In this document: piece by piece, positions 1 through 9,211 of the stretch | Position numbering within the stretch: the stretch's first letter is position 1 | Layout of the letters: each line of letters opens with the position of its first letter | Source of the DNA: Pseudomonadota bacterium | GTDB taxonomy: Bacteria > Pseudomonadota > Gammaproteobacteria > Burkholderiales > Sulfuriferulaceae | Reading direction: 5' to 3' | Assembly (NCBI GenBank): GCA_021845925.1 | Contig: JAJZUW010000005.1 | Coordinates: 42,232 to 66,231, forward strand | DNA: 24,000 bases | The notes under the pieces: model-generated | What the model was told of the DNA's origin: nothing | Seen by the model: only the letters and a program-made list of their open reading frames with translations | The model's database searches: none | Program-made: the position numbers and the translations under genes

Positions 1-360
1 TTGATCGCATTTCATCGTTTGCACGGCAGGCTGGCCACGGTAACAGCGACTCAGCCTCCAGGTCGTTTTGGTGCTTTGGAAATGGAAGGCACTCGTGTTG
101 CCAGTTTCAGCGAAAAACCCCATGGAGACGGTGCTTGGATCAACGGGGGTTTTTTTGTGTTATCGCCGCAGGTTCTGGATTACATTGCGGGCGATGAAAC
201 ATTGTGGGAACGTGAACCTTTGGAAGCATTGGCAGCAGACGGGCAACTGGAAGCCTGGTTGCATCAAGGATTCTGGCAACCGATGGATACTCTGCGCGAT
301 CGTCAACAGTTGGAAACACTGTGGCAAACAGGCAATGCACCCTGGAAAGTATGGCGATGA
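1..360 (+). CDS. rfbF: glucose-1-phosphate cytidylyltransferase, C-terminal part (5' end lies outside the window)
   Basis: The frame-1 ORF is open at the window edge and stops at TGA 358-360. The translation (..PPGRFGALEMEG..FSEKPHGDGAWINGGFFVLSPQVLDYI..GFWQPMDTLRD..APWKVW) is colinear with the C-terminal half of enterobacterial RfbF/DdhA as I remember it. It is followed by rfbG and rfbH in the canonical order. Confidence 0.9.
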   Translation: MIAFHRLHGRLATVTATQPPGRFGALEMEGTRVASFSEKPHGDGAWINGGFFVLSPQVLDYIAGDETLWEREPLEALAADGQLEAWLHQGFWQPMDTLRDRQQLETLWQTGNAPWKVWR

Positions 361-1424
361 ATCCTTCATTCTGGCGCGGAAAGCGAGTGATGTTAACTGG
401 TCATACTGGTTTCAAAGGAGGCTGGTTGGCATTGTGGTTGCAACATATTGGGTCTGAAGTCAGCGGATTTTCACTACCAGCACCAACATCGCCATCTTTG
501 TTTGAAGCTGCTCGTATAGCTGACAACATGCATTCCATCATGGGGGATATTCGCGAAGCAGGTCGGGTCACTGGAGTTATGCAGGCTGCTGAACCCGAAA
601 TCGTATTTCATCTTGCGGCCCAACCGCTGGTTCGTCATTCATATCGTGAGCCGGTTGAAACTTACATGACTAATGTCATGGGTACGGTGCATGTGCTCGA
701 AGCCGTACGCAAGACCCAGTCAGTTAAAGTGGTGATCAATATTACGAGTGACAAGTGCTATGAAAATCGCGAGTGGCCATGGGGCTATCGCGAAAACGAA
801 CCCATGGGCGGCTTTGATCCGTATAGCAGCAGCAAGGGTTGTGCTGAACTTGTCTCATCCGCCTATCGCAATTCTTTCTTTTCCGACACTGACGGTCAAG
901 GTGTTCGGCTGGCCAGCGTCAGAGCGGGTAATGTAATCGGTGGTGGTGACTGGGCAGAAGATCGGCTGATTCCTGATATCTTGCGAGCCTTTGTTCGTCA
1001 AAAGGCGGTTGTGATTCGTAATCCGACATCTATTAGACCATGGCAGCACGTTCTTGAACCGCTGGCTGGGTATATGCTGTTGGCTGAGCGTCTATTTGAG
1101 GATGCGTCACTTGCACAGGGCTGGAACTTCGGTCCGCGAGATGAAGATGCTAAACCGGTGAACTGGATTGTGGAGCAGATGGCGCGAATGTGGGGAGATG
1201 CAAAGTGGGAGCTGGAGGGTAAACCCCAGCCACATGAGGCGCAATATCTCAAACTGGATTGTTCGATGGCACGGACTCGGCTGGGATGGGAACCGCGTTG
1301 GGACCTGTTAACGGCGCTGGAAAAAGTTACCAGTTGGCACAAGGCATGGCTGGCCGGGCAAGATATGCGGGCATTCTGCTTGCAACAGATTGATGGGTAT
1401 ATGACGGCAGTACAGCATGATTGA
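357..1424 (+). CDS. rfbG: CDP-glucose 4,6-dehydratase
   Basis: ATG 357 overlaps the rfbF stop (ATGA), with a GGAAAG SD 7 nt upstream. Alternative in-frame starts are 351 and 321. The N-terminus carries the Rossmann motif [12 protein letters not shown] and there is an SDR catalytic YxxxK (YSSSK). The N-terminus [21 protein letters not shown] matches the RfbG pattern. Confidence 0.9.
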   Translation: MNPSFWRGKRVMLTGHTGFKGGWLALWLQHIGSEVSGFSLPAPTSPSLFEAARIADNMHSIMGDIREAGRVTGVMQAAEPEIVFHLAAQPLVRHSYREPVETYMTNVMGTVHVLEAVRKTQSVKVVINITSDKCYENREWPWGYRENEPMGGFDPYSSSKGCAELVSSAYRNSFFSDTDGQGVRLASVRAGNVIGGGDWAEDRLIPDILRAFVRQKAVVIRNPTSIRPWQHVLEPLAGYMLLAERLFEDASLAQGWNFGPRDEDAKPVNWIVEQMARMWGDAKWELEGKPQPHEAQYLKLDCSMARTRLGWEPRWDLLTALEKVTSWHKAWLAGQDMRAFCLQQIDGYMTAVQHD

Positions 1425-1450
1425 AACTACAGACGGGATGGCAGGCAAAA

Positions 1451-2785
1451 ATGACACAAATTGACAAGACTCAGCACTTGACGACATTGCGTGAACAGAT
1501 TGCTGTTCTGGTAAAAGAATACGCAGATATCGTTTATGCGCCTACGGAATTTGTGCCGGGCCAGCAAGCGGTGCCACCATCAGGGAAAGTGCTGGGTGCT
1601 GCCGAATTGCAGAACATGGTTAGTGCTTCACTGGATGGTTGGTTGACCACCGGACGTTTCAATGAGGCATTCGAACAACGGTTGGCAGCTTATCTGGGCG
1701 TGAAACACGTGTTGACCACCAATTCAGGCTCATCGGCAAATTTGCTGGCATTCGCTGCGCTTACTTCGCCTCGGTTGGGTGAGCGAGCCATTCGCCCCGG
1801 TGATGAGGTGATTTCTGTGGCTGCTGGTTTTCCGACAACCGTTAATCCGATTCTGCAGTGGGGGGCGGTTCCGGTGTTTGTGGACGTGCATCTGCCGACT
1901 TACAATGTTGACCCAGCCAGAATCGAAGCAGCCATTGGGCCTAAAACGCGAGCTATCATGCTGGCCCATACACTTGGGAATCCATATAACCTTGATGTGG
2001 TCGCGGGGTTGGCCCACAAGCATGGTTTGTGGCTGGTGGAAGATTGTTGCGATGCGCTTGGTAGCCGCTATGGCGGCAAACTGGTGGGCACATTCGGGGA
2101 CATTGGTACATTGAGCTTCTATCCGGCGCATCACATCACTATGGGTGAAGGTGGTGCCGTATTTACCCAGAATGACGAGCTGAAGAAGATTATAGAATCG
2201 TTTCGAGACTGGGGGCGCGATTGTTATTGTGCGCCTGGCAAGGACAATACCTGTAACAAGCGGTTTGGTTGGAAGCTTGGAAATCTCCCGCAAGGTTATG
2301 ACCACAAGTACACGTACTCTCATCTCGGTTATAACTTGAAAATTACCGACATGCAGGCTGCCTGTGGACTGGCCCAGCTGGATCGTCTGGATGAATTCAT
2401 TGCTGCGCGCAAACGAAATTTCAATTACCTGACTCAGCGTCTGCAAAGTTGCGTAGAGTTTCTGTTGCTTCCAGAGGCAACGCCGAACAGCGAGCCTTCC
2501 TGGTTTGGCTATCCGATAACCATTCGGCCGGAAGCAAATGCCAGTCGGGTGGATCTGCTGAAATTTCTTGATCAGAACCGTATTGGCACCCGTTTGCTGT
2601 TTGCCGGTAATCTGACCCGGCAACCGTACATGGCTGGACGGCAGTATCGTGTATCAGATGGTCTGGTGAATACCGATGTGGTGATGAACGATACCTTCTG
2701 GATTGGCGTGTATCCTGGTCTGACAGAAAGTATGCTGGATTATGCGGCAACGCAGATTGAATTGTTTTTTGGCGTTGGGCTCTGA
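1451..2785 (+). CDS. rfbH: CDP-6-deoxy-D-xylo-4-hexulose-3-dehydrase (E1, PMP-dependent; RfbH/DdhC/AscC family)
   Basis: ATG 1451 has an AGG SD-like element 5 nt upstream; the ORF-track start at 1421 is a TTG overlapping the rfbG stop. The protein is near-colinear with Salmonella RfbH as recalled. The DegT-fold active-site segment reads [14 protein letters not shown], with His in place of the usual PLP lysine, which is the E1 hallmark. A Cys-rich segment [22 protein letters not shown] is also present. Confidence 0.9.
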   Translation: MTQIDKTQHLTTLREQIAVLVKEYADIVYAPTEFVPGQQAVPPSGKVLGAAELQNMVSASLDGWLTTGRFNEAFEQRLAAYLGVKHVLTTNSGSSANLLAFAALTSPRLGERAIRPGDEVISVAAGFPTTVNPILQWGAVPVFVDVHLPTYNVDPARIEAAIGPKTRAIMLAHTLGNPYNLDVVAGLAHKHGLWLVEDCCDALGSRYGGKLVGTFGDIGTLSFYPAHHITMGEGGAVFTQNDELKKIIESFRDWGRDCYCAPGKDNTCNKRFGWKLGNLPQGYDHKYTYSHLGYNLKITDMQAACGLAQLDRLDEFIAARKRNFNYLTQRLQSCVEFLLLPEATPNSEPSWFGYPITIRPEANASRVDLLKFLDQNRIGTRLLFAGNLTRQPYMAGRQYRVSDGLVNTDVVMNDTFWIGVYPGLTESMLDYAATQIELFFGVGL

Positions 2786-2827
2786 CGGGCTTTTGGACCA
2801 CTTCATTGAATATCGATAGGACGTTAT

Positions 2828-4594
2828 ATGCGATACAGCGATCATCTCGCTGACTGGTTACGCGAGCTGGGATATACACATTGTTTCTTTGTGGCCGGTG
2901 GCAACATCATGCATTTGTTGGCCAGTGTCAGCGAACGCTTCACCTGTGTGCCAGTGGTTCATGAAGTGACTGCAGGGATTGCGGTTGAATATTTTAATGA
3001 ATCCAGTTCAGGTCAAAAGGCTTTCGCGCTCGTAACAGCCGGCCCGGGTCTGACCAATATTGTGACAGCAATTGGTGGTGCTTGGCTTGAGAGCCGTGAG
3101 TTGCTGGTGCTGGGTGGGCAAGTCAAGACGGCCGACCTCAGTAATGGAACTCTGCGCCAACGTGGCATTCAGGAAATCAATGGGGTTGATATCGTCAGAC
3201 CAATTACTTCACGTTCTGTGCTGATGGAACGGGTTTTTACCCGGGATGAGTTCATGGCAACAGTCAATGTTGGAGCAACGGCCCGGAAAGGTCCGGTATT
3301 CATTGAAATCCCACTGGATATTCAAGGGCGTGACGTTGATATGTCGGCTGTCGAAATTTCTCGACCTTTGATCAAGCCGGGGATTGCACAGATTTCATCT
3401 GCACAGATCGAGGAATTGATTAGCCGATTGCAGCAGGCTACGCGTCCTGTCTTATTGCTTGGTGGCGGGGTTGATCGAACAGTAGCGCGACAAGTGTCAG
3501 ACGCCTTGGCCAGATGTGGAATACCTTTGATGACAACCTGGAACGGTGCAGACAGAGTTGCCAGCGATCACCCGATGTATTTTGGCAGACCCAATACCTG
3601 GGGGCAACGATACAGTAATATTCTGCTCCAGCAGGCTGATTTGCTAGTGGCCCTTGGTACTCGACTGGGTATGCAGCAGACTGGCTTTAACTGGCAGGAG
3701 TTTGTGCCTGTTGGCAAGGTGATTCAGATCGATTGTGATTCAGCAGAACTTGGAAAGGAACATCCGGTTATTGACCTGGGCTTTGCCGTTGATGCCAACG
3801 ACGTGTTGAAGAAGCTGATGGATGCTGATCTTGGCGAACACGGTGAATGGGTGGAATTTTGTCGCGAGGTCAAACGACAGCTACCATTGATTGAACCTGT
3901 CAATCAGACAGGAGAGAGGTATCTGTCACCATATGTGTTTGCTCAACAACTGTCTGCGCTTTGCCTGTCGACAGACCGGATAGTCCCGTGCAGCAGTGGT
4001 AGCGCTTTTACGGTCATGATGCAGACCTTTGATCAGAAAGCAGGACAGATCATGGTGACTGACAAAGGACTAGCCTCGATGGGGTACGGGCTTGGCGGTG
4101 CGATAGGCGTTTCATTTGCCCATCGTAAAGAACGCACGATACTGGTTGAGGGTGATGGCGGCTTTTCACAAAACCTGCAGGAATTGGGAACTGTGGCAGT
4201 GAACCGGCTTAACTTGAAAATTTTTATCTTTGATGACAGCGGTTATGCTTCCATCCGGATGACTCAACGCAATTATTTTGGGGGAAAGTATGTTGGTTGT
4301 GATAGAACCACCGGGCTGGGGCTGCCAGACTGGGAAAAACTGTTTAACGCTTGGGACTTGCCCGTAATGCGTATTGGATGTGGCTACGAAACAAATGAAC
4401 AGTTCCTCGAGCTTTTCAATGCGGAAGGGCCAGCAGGATTTATTGTCGGGATTGATCCGGAGCAAACATATTTCCCGAAAATCACTAGTCGGGTCACTGA
4501 ATCAGGTGGTATGGTCTCCAACCCCTTGCACAAGATGAGTCCGGATCTATCTGAAGACCAGTGTGCCAAAGTCATGAAGTTTGTTAAACCCTGA
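2828..4594 (+). CDS. thiamine-diphosphate-dependent acetolactate-synthase-like enzyme (candidate YerE-type sugar C-branching enzyme)
   Basis: 588-aa ORF with an AGGA SD 8 nt upstream of ATG 2828. It shows a three-domain ALS/POX-type layout. The N-terminal Pyr domain carries a catalytic HE (VVHEVTAG) and TAGPGLTN. The central domain contains PVLLLGGGV. The C-terminal ThDP/Mg motif reads GDGGFSQN...FIFDDSGYASI. The family call is solid. The YerE-like role is inferred only from its position directly after rfbFGH. Confidence 0.8.
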   Translation: MRYSDHLADWLRELGYTHCFFVAGGNIMHLLASVSERFTCVPVVHEVTAGIAVEYFNESSSGQKAFALVTAGPGLTNIVTAIGGAWLESRELLVLGGQVKTADLSNGTLRQRGIQEINGVDIVRPITSRSVLMERVFTRDEFMATVNVGATARKGPVFIEIPLDIQGRDVDMSAVEISRPLIKPGIAQISSAQIEELISRLQQATRPVLLLGGGVDRTVARQVSDALARCGIPLMTTWNGADRVASDHPMYFGRPNTWGQRYSNILLQQADLLVALGTRLGMQQTGFNWQEFVPVGKVIQIDCDSAELGKEHPVIDLGFAVDANDVLKKLMDADLGEHGEWVEFCREVKRQLPLIEPVNQTGERYLSPYVFAQQLSALCLSTDRIVPCSSGSAFTVMMQTFDQKAGQIMVTDKGLASMGYGLGGAIGVSFAHRKERTILVEGDGGFSQNLQELGTVAVNRLNLKIFIFDDSGYASIRMTQRNYFGGKYVGCDRTTGLGLPDWEKLFNAWDLPVMRIGCGYETNEQFLELFNAEGPAGFIVGIDPEQTYFPKITSRVTESGGMVSNPLHKMSPDLSEDQCAKVMKFVKP

Positions 4595-4630
4595 ACTCAC
4601 AACCAGACCGGAGCCTGGCATAGCAGGGTC

Positions 4631-5470
4631 ATGACAACGTTAACGAAGATCACCGTAGCTCTGACCACCTGCAATGGAGCCCCTTTTTTGCGTGCCCAGC
4701 TGGATTCCATTTTCGGTCAGACAGGCGTAAAAACGGAAGTCGTGGTATGTGATGATGCGTCCACGGATGGGACCCTGTCGATTTTGCAGGAATACGCGCG
4801 TCATTATCCACTTTCGTATTTCTGCAACCCCATGCGTTTGGGTGTGGTCGGAAATTTTCAGCGTGCCATGCAACTCAGTCAAGGTGATTATGTGGCGCTG
4901 GCGGACCAGGATGACGTCTGGTTGCCGGACAAGCTGCAGTTGTCACTCCGGGCATTGCAGCAGGCCGAAGCCGAATGTGCTGACATGCCGGTGGCAGTTG
5001 TCACCGATCTTAAAGTGGTGGATGCCGGTCTGCACGAGTTGCATGCCTCCTTCTGGGCAGCCCAAGGTCTGTTCCCGTTTGAATCCACATCGGTTGAGCA
5101 TCTGGTGGCGCGCAACTTTGTCACCGGTTGTACGTTGTTGATGAACCGGAAGGCGATGGATCTGGTGTTGCCATTTCCGGATCAGGTGGTGATGCATGAC
5201 TGGTGGATTGGCTTGCGAGTCAAACGGTTTGGCCGGCTTGTTCCGCTTGCGCAGCAGACAATACTTTACCGGCAGCATGGTCGCAATGAAGTCGGCTTTG
5301 TTCCTGAACAGTCACGCACCGGGCTTGCGCTTCTGGGCAAGCGATTGCGTGCCAATCTGGCGTGGTTCGCCATGATCCGTCAGTTGGGATTTCCGGTGAA
5401 CTGGCTGCGTGTTTTGTGGTACAAGGTTTGTTTTCATCTCAAGGCATGGCGCAATCGTGGCAAGCGTTGA
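4631..5470 (+). CDS. family 2 (GT-A) glycosyltransferase
   Basis: 279-aa ORF. N-terminal GT2 signature ITVALTTCNGAPFLRAQLDSIFGQ..VVVCDDASTDGT, a DxD-type motif ADQDDVWLPDK, and a later HDWW motif. Confidence 0.85.
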   Translation: MTTLTKITVALTTCNGAPFLRAQLDSIFGQTGVKTEVVVCDDASTDGTLSILQEYARHYPLSYFCNPMRLGVVGNFQRAMQLSQGDYVALADQDDVWLPDKLQLSLRALQQAEAECADMPVAVVTDLKVVDAGLHELHASFWAAQGLFPFESTSVEHLVARNFVTGCTLLMNRKAMDLVLPFPDQVVMHDWWIGLRVKRFGRLVPLAQQTILYRQHGRNEVGFVPEQSRTGLALLGKRLRANLAWFAMIRQLGFPVNWLRVLWYKVCFHLKAWRNRGKR

Positions 5471-6413
5471 TATCCTTCTAGCAACCTACAATGGGGCAAC
5501 GCATCTGCGCGAGCAGCTCGATTCACTGTTACGGCAGGATCATGTCGACTGGCGACTGCTGGTGCGTGACGATGGTTCTTCCGATTCCACGCTGGATATT
5601 CTGCACGAACATGCGCGCCGTTTTCCCGACAGGATCGTTGTGGTGTTGGACACGGCAGTCAGATTGGGATTGGTGGGCAATTTTTCCGCTTTGATGCAAT
5701 TGGCCACAGCTCCTTATGTGATGTTTTGCGACCAGGACGATATCTGGTTCCCCGACAAGATTTCTGCATCGCTCGCACGGTTGCAGATGCTGGAAAACGG
5801 GCAGCCGGAAGTGCCTGCGCTGGTGTATACCGATCTGGCGGTATGTGATGACAAAGGTGCGCGTATTGCGGATTCTTACTGGCGTTTCCAGCGTATCAAC
5901 CCCGATCTGGCACTGCATCCGTCTGGCGCACTGATACAGGATAACGCCACCGGTAACACGTTCATCTTCAATCAGGCATTAAACCGTCTGGCCGCGCCAG
6001 TTCCGCGACAAGCACCGGGACATGACTGGTGGGTGGCGCTGGTTGCCCTGTACGCCGGTAAAATTGCCTTTCTGAACCGGCCAACGCTGGATTATCGTCA
6101 ACACGCGCACAATGCCTCCGGCCAGAAAGGGTTGGTCCTGGGAGGGCTGCTGTGCAAGTTGCCTGGCTATTGCAAGACGATGTACGTTGGTCATCAGCAG
6201 GCGCGCTGGTTGATCGAACGGCTGCACGGGTACTTGTCGGCCGGGCCCGCACAACGGTTGCAGGTGCACGCGGCCATGCCGGAAACCAGTCTGTTTTCCC
6301 GCCTGCTCAATCTGGTTCGCCTGGGGTATTGGCGCGTGGCCGACCGCAGGGCGCGCTTCAAATTGCTGTACCTGTTGTTGTGCAGGCGCAAGGATTGTCG
6401 TCATGGCGGATAA
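5457..6413 (+). CDS. family 2 (GT-A) glycosyltransferase, paralog of 4631-5470
   Basis: It has the same motif series as the upstream GT2: ILLATYNGATHLREQLDSLLRQ, VRDDGSSDST, CDQDDIWFPDK, HDWW, YRQH. The start is uncertain. GTG 5457 gives a 14-nt overlap with the upstream gene and an N-terminus colinear with its paralog. The only in-frame ATG (5409) would give a 62-nt overlap. Confidence 0.8.
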   Translation: MASVDILLATYNGATHLREQLDSLLRQDHVDWRLLVRDDGSSDSTLDILHEHARRFPDRIVVVLDTAVRLGLVGNFSALMQLATAPYVMFCDQDDIWFPDKISASLARLQMLENGQPEVPALVYTDLAVCDDKGARIADSYWRFQRINPDLALHPSGALIQDNATGNTFIFNQALNRLAAPVPRQAPGHDWWVALVALYAGKIAFLNRPTLDYRQHAHNASGQKGLVLGGLLCKLPGYCKTMYVGHQQARWLIERLHGYLSAGPAQRLQVHAAMPETSLFSRLLNLVRLGYWRVADRRARFKLLYLLLCRRKDCRHGG

Positions 6414-7551
6414 GCGTAAACGGGTTTGCATGGTGACTTCCAGCGTGCTGGTTGTGCGCTGGTTTTTGCGCGATCAACTGCGGGCACTGACACAGGATCA
6501 TGATGTGACGTTGATCGTCAATGGAGAAGAAACTGCCTTGCAGGCGGAAGTTGGTGCCGGGGTGCGGGTCATTCGCGCCGGACTGGAAAGAAAAATCAGT
6601 CCGTGGCACGACTTGAAGGTTCTGCTCGAACTGATGCGCATTTTCCGGCGCGAGCGGTTTGATGTGGTGCACTCTGTCACACCGAAGGCAGGTCTGCTCT
6701 CCATGATGGCGGCCTGGATTTGCGGGGTACCAGTGCGCATCCACACTTTTCAGGGAGAAGTCTGGGCGACCCGACACGGGTTCATGCGGGCCTTGTTGCG
6801 CTTCTTTGACTGGCTGGTAGCTCGACTTGCCACTGTTGTGCTGGTGGTTAGCGCATCCGAACGCCAGTTTCTTATCACCGAAGGCATCATCCCGGCTGAT
6901 AAGTCCAGAGTGCTGGCCAATGGTTCAATCTGCGGTGTCGATACCGAACGATTTGCTCCGCCAGATCCGGTTCAGCGCCGCATGGCCCGACAGCAGGCCG
7001 GTATTGCCGATACCGACGTGCTGTTTCTGTATGTTGGCCGGTTGGCGATTGACAAGGGAATTCTGGATCTGGCGCAGGCTTTCGACCACGTCTGGCAGCA
7101 GTTTCCGCAAGCGCGGCTGATGATAGTCGGGCCAGATGAAGAAGGCGTGGTCGCGCGTATGGATGCCATGGCACTCAAGGCTCGTGTCGCAATTCAGGTG
7201 CATGGTTACACAGCCGAGCCAGAACGCTATGTGCAACTGGCCGATGTGGTCTGTTTGCCAAGTTATCGTGAGGGTTTTGGCATGGTGCTGCTCGAAGCGG
7301 CTGCCATGCGGGTTGCTGTGATGGCCTCGCGCATTTATGGCATTACAGATGCGGTGGAAGATGGGATTACCGGTCTGCTGCACCCGCCTGCTATGATATC
7401 GGCGATTGAAGACACCATGCTGCAATTGCTGCGTGATCCCGGGTTGCGTGAACGCCTTGCAGAAGCCGGCATGCAACGTGCACGACGGGATTTTTCACGT
7501 CAAACGGTCATTGAGGCGGTTCGCCAGTTTTATCAGCAACTGTTGCGTTAG
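6403..7551 (+). CDS. family 4 (GT-B, retaining) glycosyltransferase
   Basis: 382-aa ORF. ATG 6403 has an AAGGA SD 9 nt upstream and overlaps the previous stop by 11 nt. An EX7E motif (EGFGMVLLE) sits in the C-terminal GT-B domain, and the N-terminal domain carries a TPKAGLL segment. Confidence 0.85.
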   Translation: MADKRKRVCMVTSSVLVVRWFLRDQLRALTQDHDVTLIVNGEETALQAEVGAGVRVIRAGLERKISPWHDLKVLLELMRIFRRERFDVVHSVTPKAGLLSMMAAWICGVPVRIHTFQGEVWATRHGFMRALLRFFDWLVARLATVVLVVSASERQFLITEGIIPADKSRVLANGSICGVDTERFAPPDPVQRRMARQQAGIADTDVLFLYVGRLAIDKGILDLAQAFDHVWQQFPQARLMIVGPDEEGVVARMDAMALKARVAIQVHGYTAEPERYVQLADVVCLPSYREGFGMVLLEAAAMRVAVMASRIYGITDAVEDGITGLLHPPAMISAIEDTMLQLLRDPGLRERLAEAGMQRARRDFSRQTVIEAVRQFYQQLLR

Positions 7552-7558
7552 CCTGTCA

Positions 7559-7604
7559 TGCATGAGGGCGCTGACGGTTGATCATGGCGCATCATCCTCA
7601 TGCA
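7559..7604. terminator. stem-loop between convergent genes (possible bidirectional terminator)
   Basis: TGCATGAGG (7559-7567) pairs with CCTCATGCA (7596-7604). An inner GCGC (7568-7571) can pair with GCGC (7587-7590). There is no flanking T/A run, so function is uncertain. Confidence 0.3.
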
Positions 7605-7631
7605 ACGGTTAGCCAGGGCGGGCGCGACTGT

Positions 7632-8009
7632 TCAATGCAGCAAGTGGTGATACTGCTTCTTTGTGATGTTTATCTTCTGTAATGCACTTTTTGCGGCGTT
7701 CAGATCATTCGCTCGCACGGCTTGGTTAACGGCGTCCATTTGAGCCTGCATTTGCAGCAGACCTTTGTGATATACAGCCTGATTGCGGTGGTATTGCATT
7801 TTGTCGGCCATGCTGGCGTCATTTTGCAACTGGTTTGCATATTTCGAAAATTCAGCGATTGATGTGCTGTCCATGGCGTCTCGCATGGCGTGCTTCATGT
7901 CTTTCATGACATTTTTGATTTCATTTGCATTGGCATGCGAAGTCGCCAACAGGCTTGTCAGAATCAGCAATCCAGAAAATTGACGCAATCGTTGAATCAT
8001 TCGGCTCAT
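7632..8009 (-). CDS. cybC: periplasmic cytochrome b562-family four-helix-bundle protein
   Basis: 125-aa ORF with a signal peptide (..LLILTSLLATSHA/NANE). The mature part is helical and rich in Lys, Gln, Ala and Met. A Met lies near the mature N-terminus (NVMKDMK). The C-terminal ..KKQYHHLLH aligns with the E. coli b562 ..RNAYHKKYR His-ligand region as recalled. An alternative start is ATG 8000. Confidence 0.65.
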   Translation of the reverse strand: MSRMIQRLRQFSGLLILTSLLATSHANANEIKNVMKDMKHAMRDAMDSTSIAEFSKYANQLQNDASMADKMQYHRNQAVYHKGLLQMQAQMDAVNQAVRANDLNAAKSALQKINITKKQYHHLLH

Positions 8010-8095
8010 TGTTTCACTTTCAGGTATCAGACTAAAGAAGCATGAATTTTAACGCCTGAAAATTAGACCAGAATTAGCGAACTGTTAAGGAATGG

Positions 8096-9046
8096 TTACG
8101 GGCGATTGCTGATGCGGCCAGGGAGCCGGCTTGCATGGTCGTGGGCGGTAGATTGCCACCCGAGCATCTGGCGTATTTTGCTGCAATCCAGCTCCAGCGA
8201 CCCGGCCAGCCGGTCCATGACCGCCTGCTTGCCAATTAACCTGGCGGCCAGTTGCAATAACATGGGTGGAAACGGCCACAGTCGACTGTGTTGGCCATTC
8301 TGTTCTGCCAGATGGCGTATCAGTTCCGGGGTGGAAACCGCCTTGCCGTCGCAGACCAGAAAGGTCTGGTTGGCGGCGGCCGGGTGTCGGGCGCACAGCA
8401 GGATGGCATCAGCCATGTTGTCGACATGCAGCAGGTCGCGTCGGTTGTTGATGGAGGCCAGTGGCAGGGGCAAGCTGGCAATGCGCGCCAGGCGTTCAAA
8501 ATTGCCCTTCACGCCGGGGCCGTACATGAGCGGGGGCCGCAATATGACCACTTCCATGCCTGTTTCGCGTGCAATGGCCGTCAGTCCTTGTTCGGCTTCC
8601 CACTTGGAAACGGCATAGGCATCTTGTGGCGCAGGGGTATCGCTCTCCCGAAACGGGTGGCCTGGCAGGGTGGCTTCGCCGTTGACTTTGATGCTGCTCA
8701 GGTAAATAAAACGGCTGACTCCGGCGCTGGCGGCTGCGCGCGCCAGATGCAAGGTGGTTGCCACATTGGCGTTACGAAATTCGGCCAGCGGGTTGACGGC
8801 TTGTTCCTGCATGACATGCACCCGGGCGGCAAGGTGCACCACAACCTTGCGGCTGGCCAGCGCTGCCTGCCAGTTGGTGGATGAAGACATATCGCCAGTG
8901 GTGAAATTGCGTCCGGGCAGTTCGGCGTGTGGTGTGCGAGTGGCAGTGTGCAGATCCGCGCCTCGCGCCTGTGCCAGCTTGCACAACGCCTGGCCGACAA
9001 AACCGTTGGCGCCAGTCACAAGTAGAGGTGGGGGTATGTCGCTCAT
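8096..9046 (-). CDS. NAD-dependent epimerase/dehydratase-family SDR (nucleotide-sugar epimerase or 4-ketoreductase, WbpK-like)
   Basis: I set the start at ATG 9046 (MSDIPPPLLVTGANGFVGQAL). The ORF-track 5' extension to 9262 has no SDR-like sequence. Rossmann motif TGANGFVG and catalytic YxxxK (YAVSK) are present. 316 aa. Confidence 0.85.
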   Translation of the reverse strand: MSDIPPPLLVTGANGFVGQALCKLAQARGADLHTATRTPHAELPGRNFTTGDMSSSTNWQAALASRKVVVHLAARVHVMQEQAVNPLAEFRNANVATTLHLARAAASAGVSRFIYLSSIKVNGEATLPGHPFRESDTPAPQDAYAVSKWEAEQGLTAIARETGMEVVILRPPLMYGPGVKGNFERLARIASLPLPLASINNRRDLLHVDNMADAILLCARHPAAANQTFLVCDGKAVSTPELIRHLAEQNGQHSRLWPFPPMLLQLAARLIGKQAVMDRLAGSLELDCSKIRQMLGWQSTAHDHASRLPGRISNRP

Positions 9047-9211
9047 GGCCGGATTGTACCGGAAAATCAATCCCGGTTTGCAGGCTGTGATAGCATTGAG
9101 ATCTGTTTGCGTTCCTTGTGCTGGCAAAACCAGTATCCGAAGAAATAGCCATGCGGATCGGGACACCTGTTTCTCGGTTTGTCTGGCGCGCCTTGGTTGG
9201 CGGAGATGACT

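Noticed and set aside
8010-8095. The AT-rich spacer contains an AATTTT...AAAATT inverted repeat and a CTAATT direct repeat, which could be a terminator or promoter.
   Set aside because: The stem is AT-only and 6 bp long, so predicted stability is low. I could not define convincing -35/-10 hexamers for the b562-like gene.
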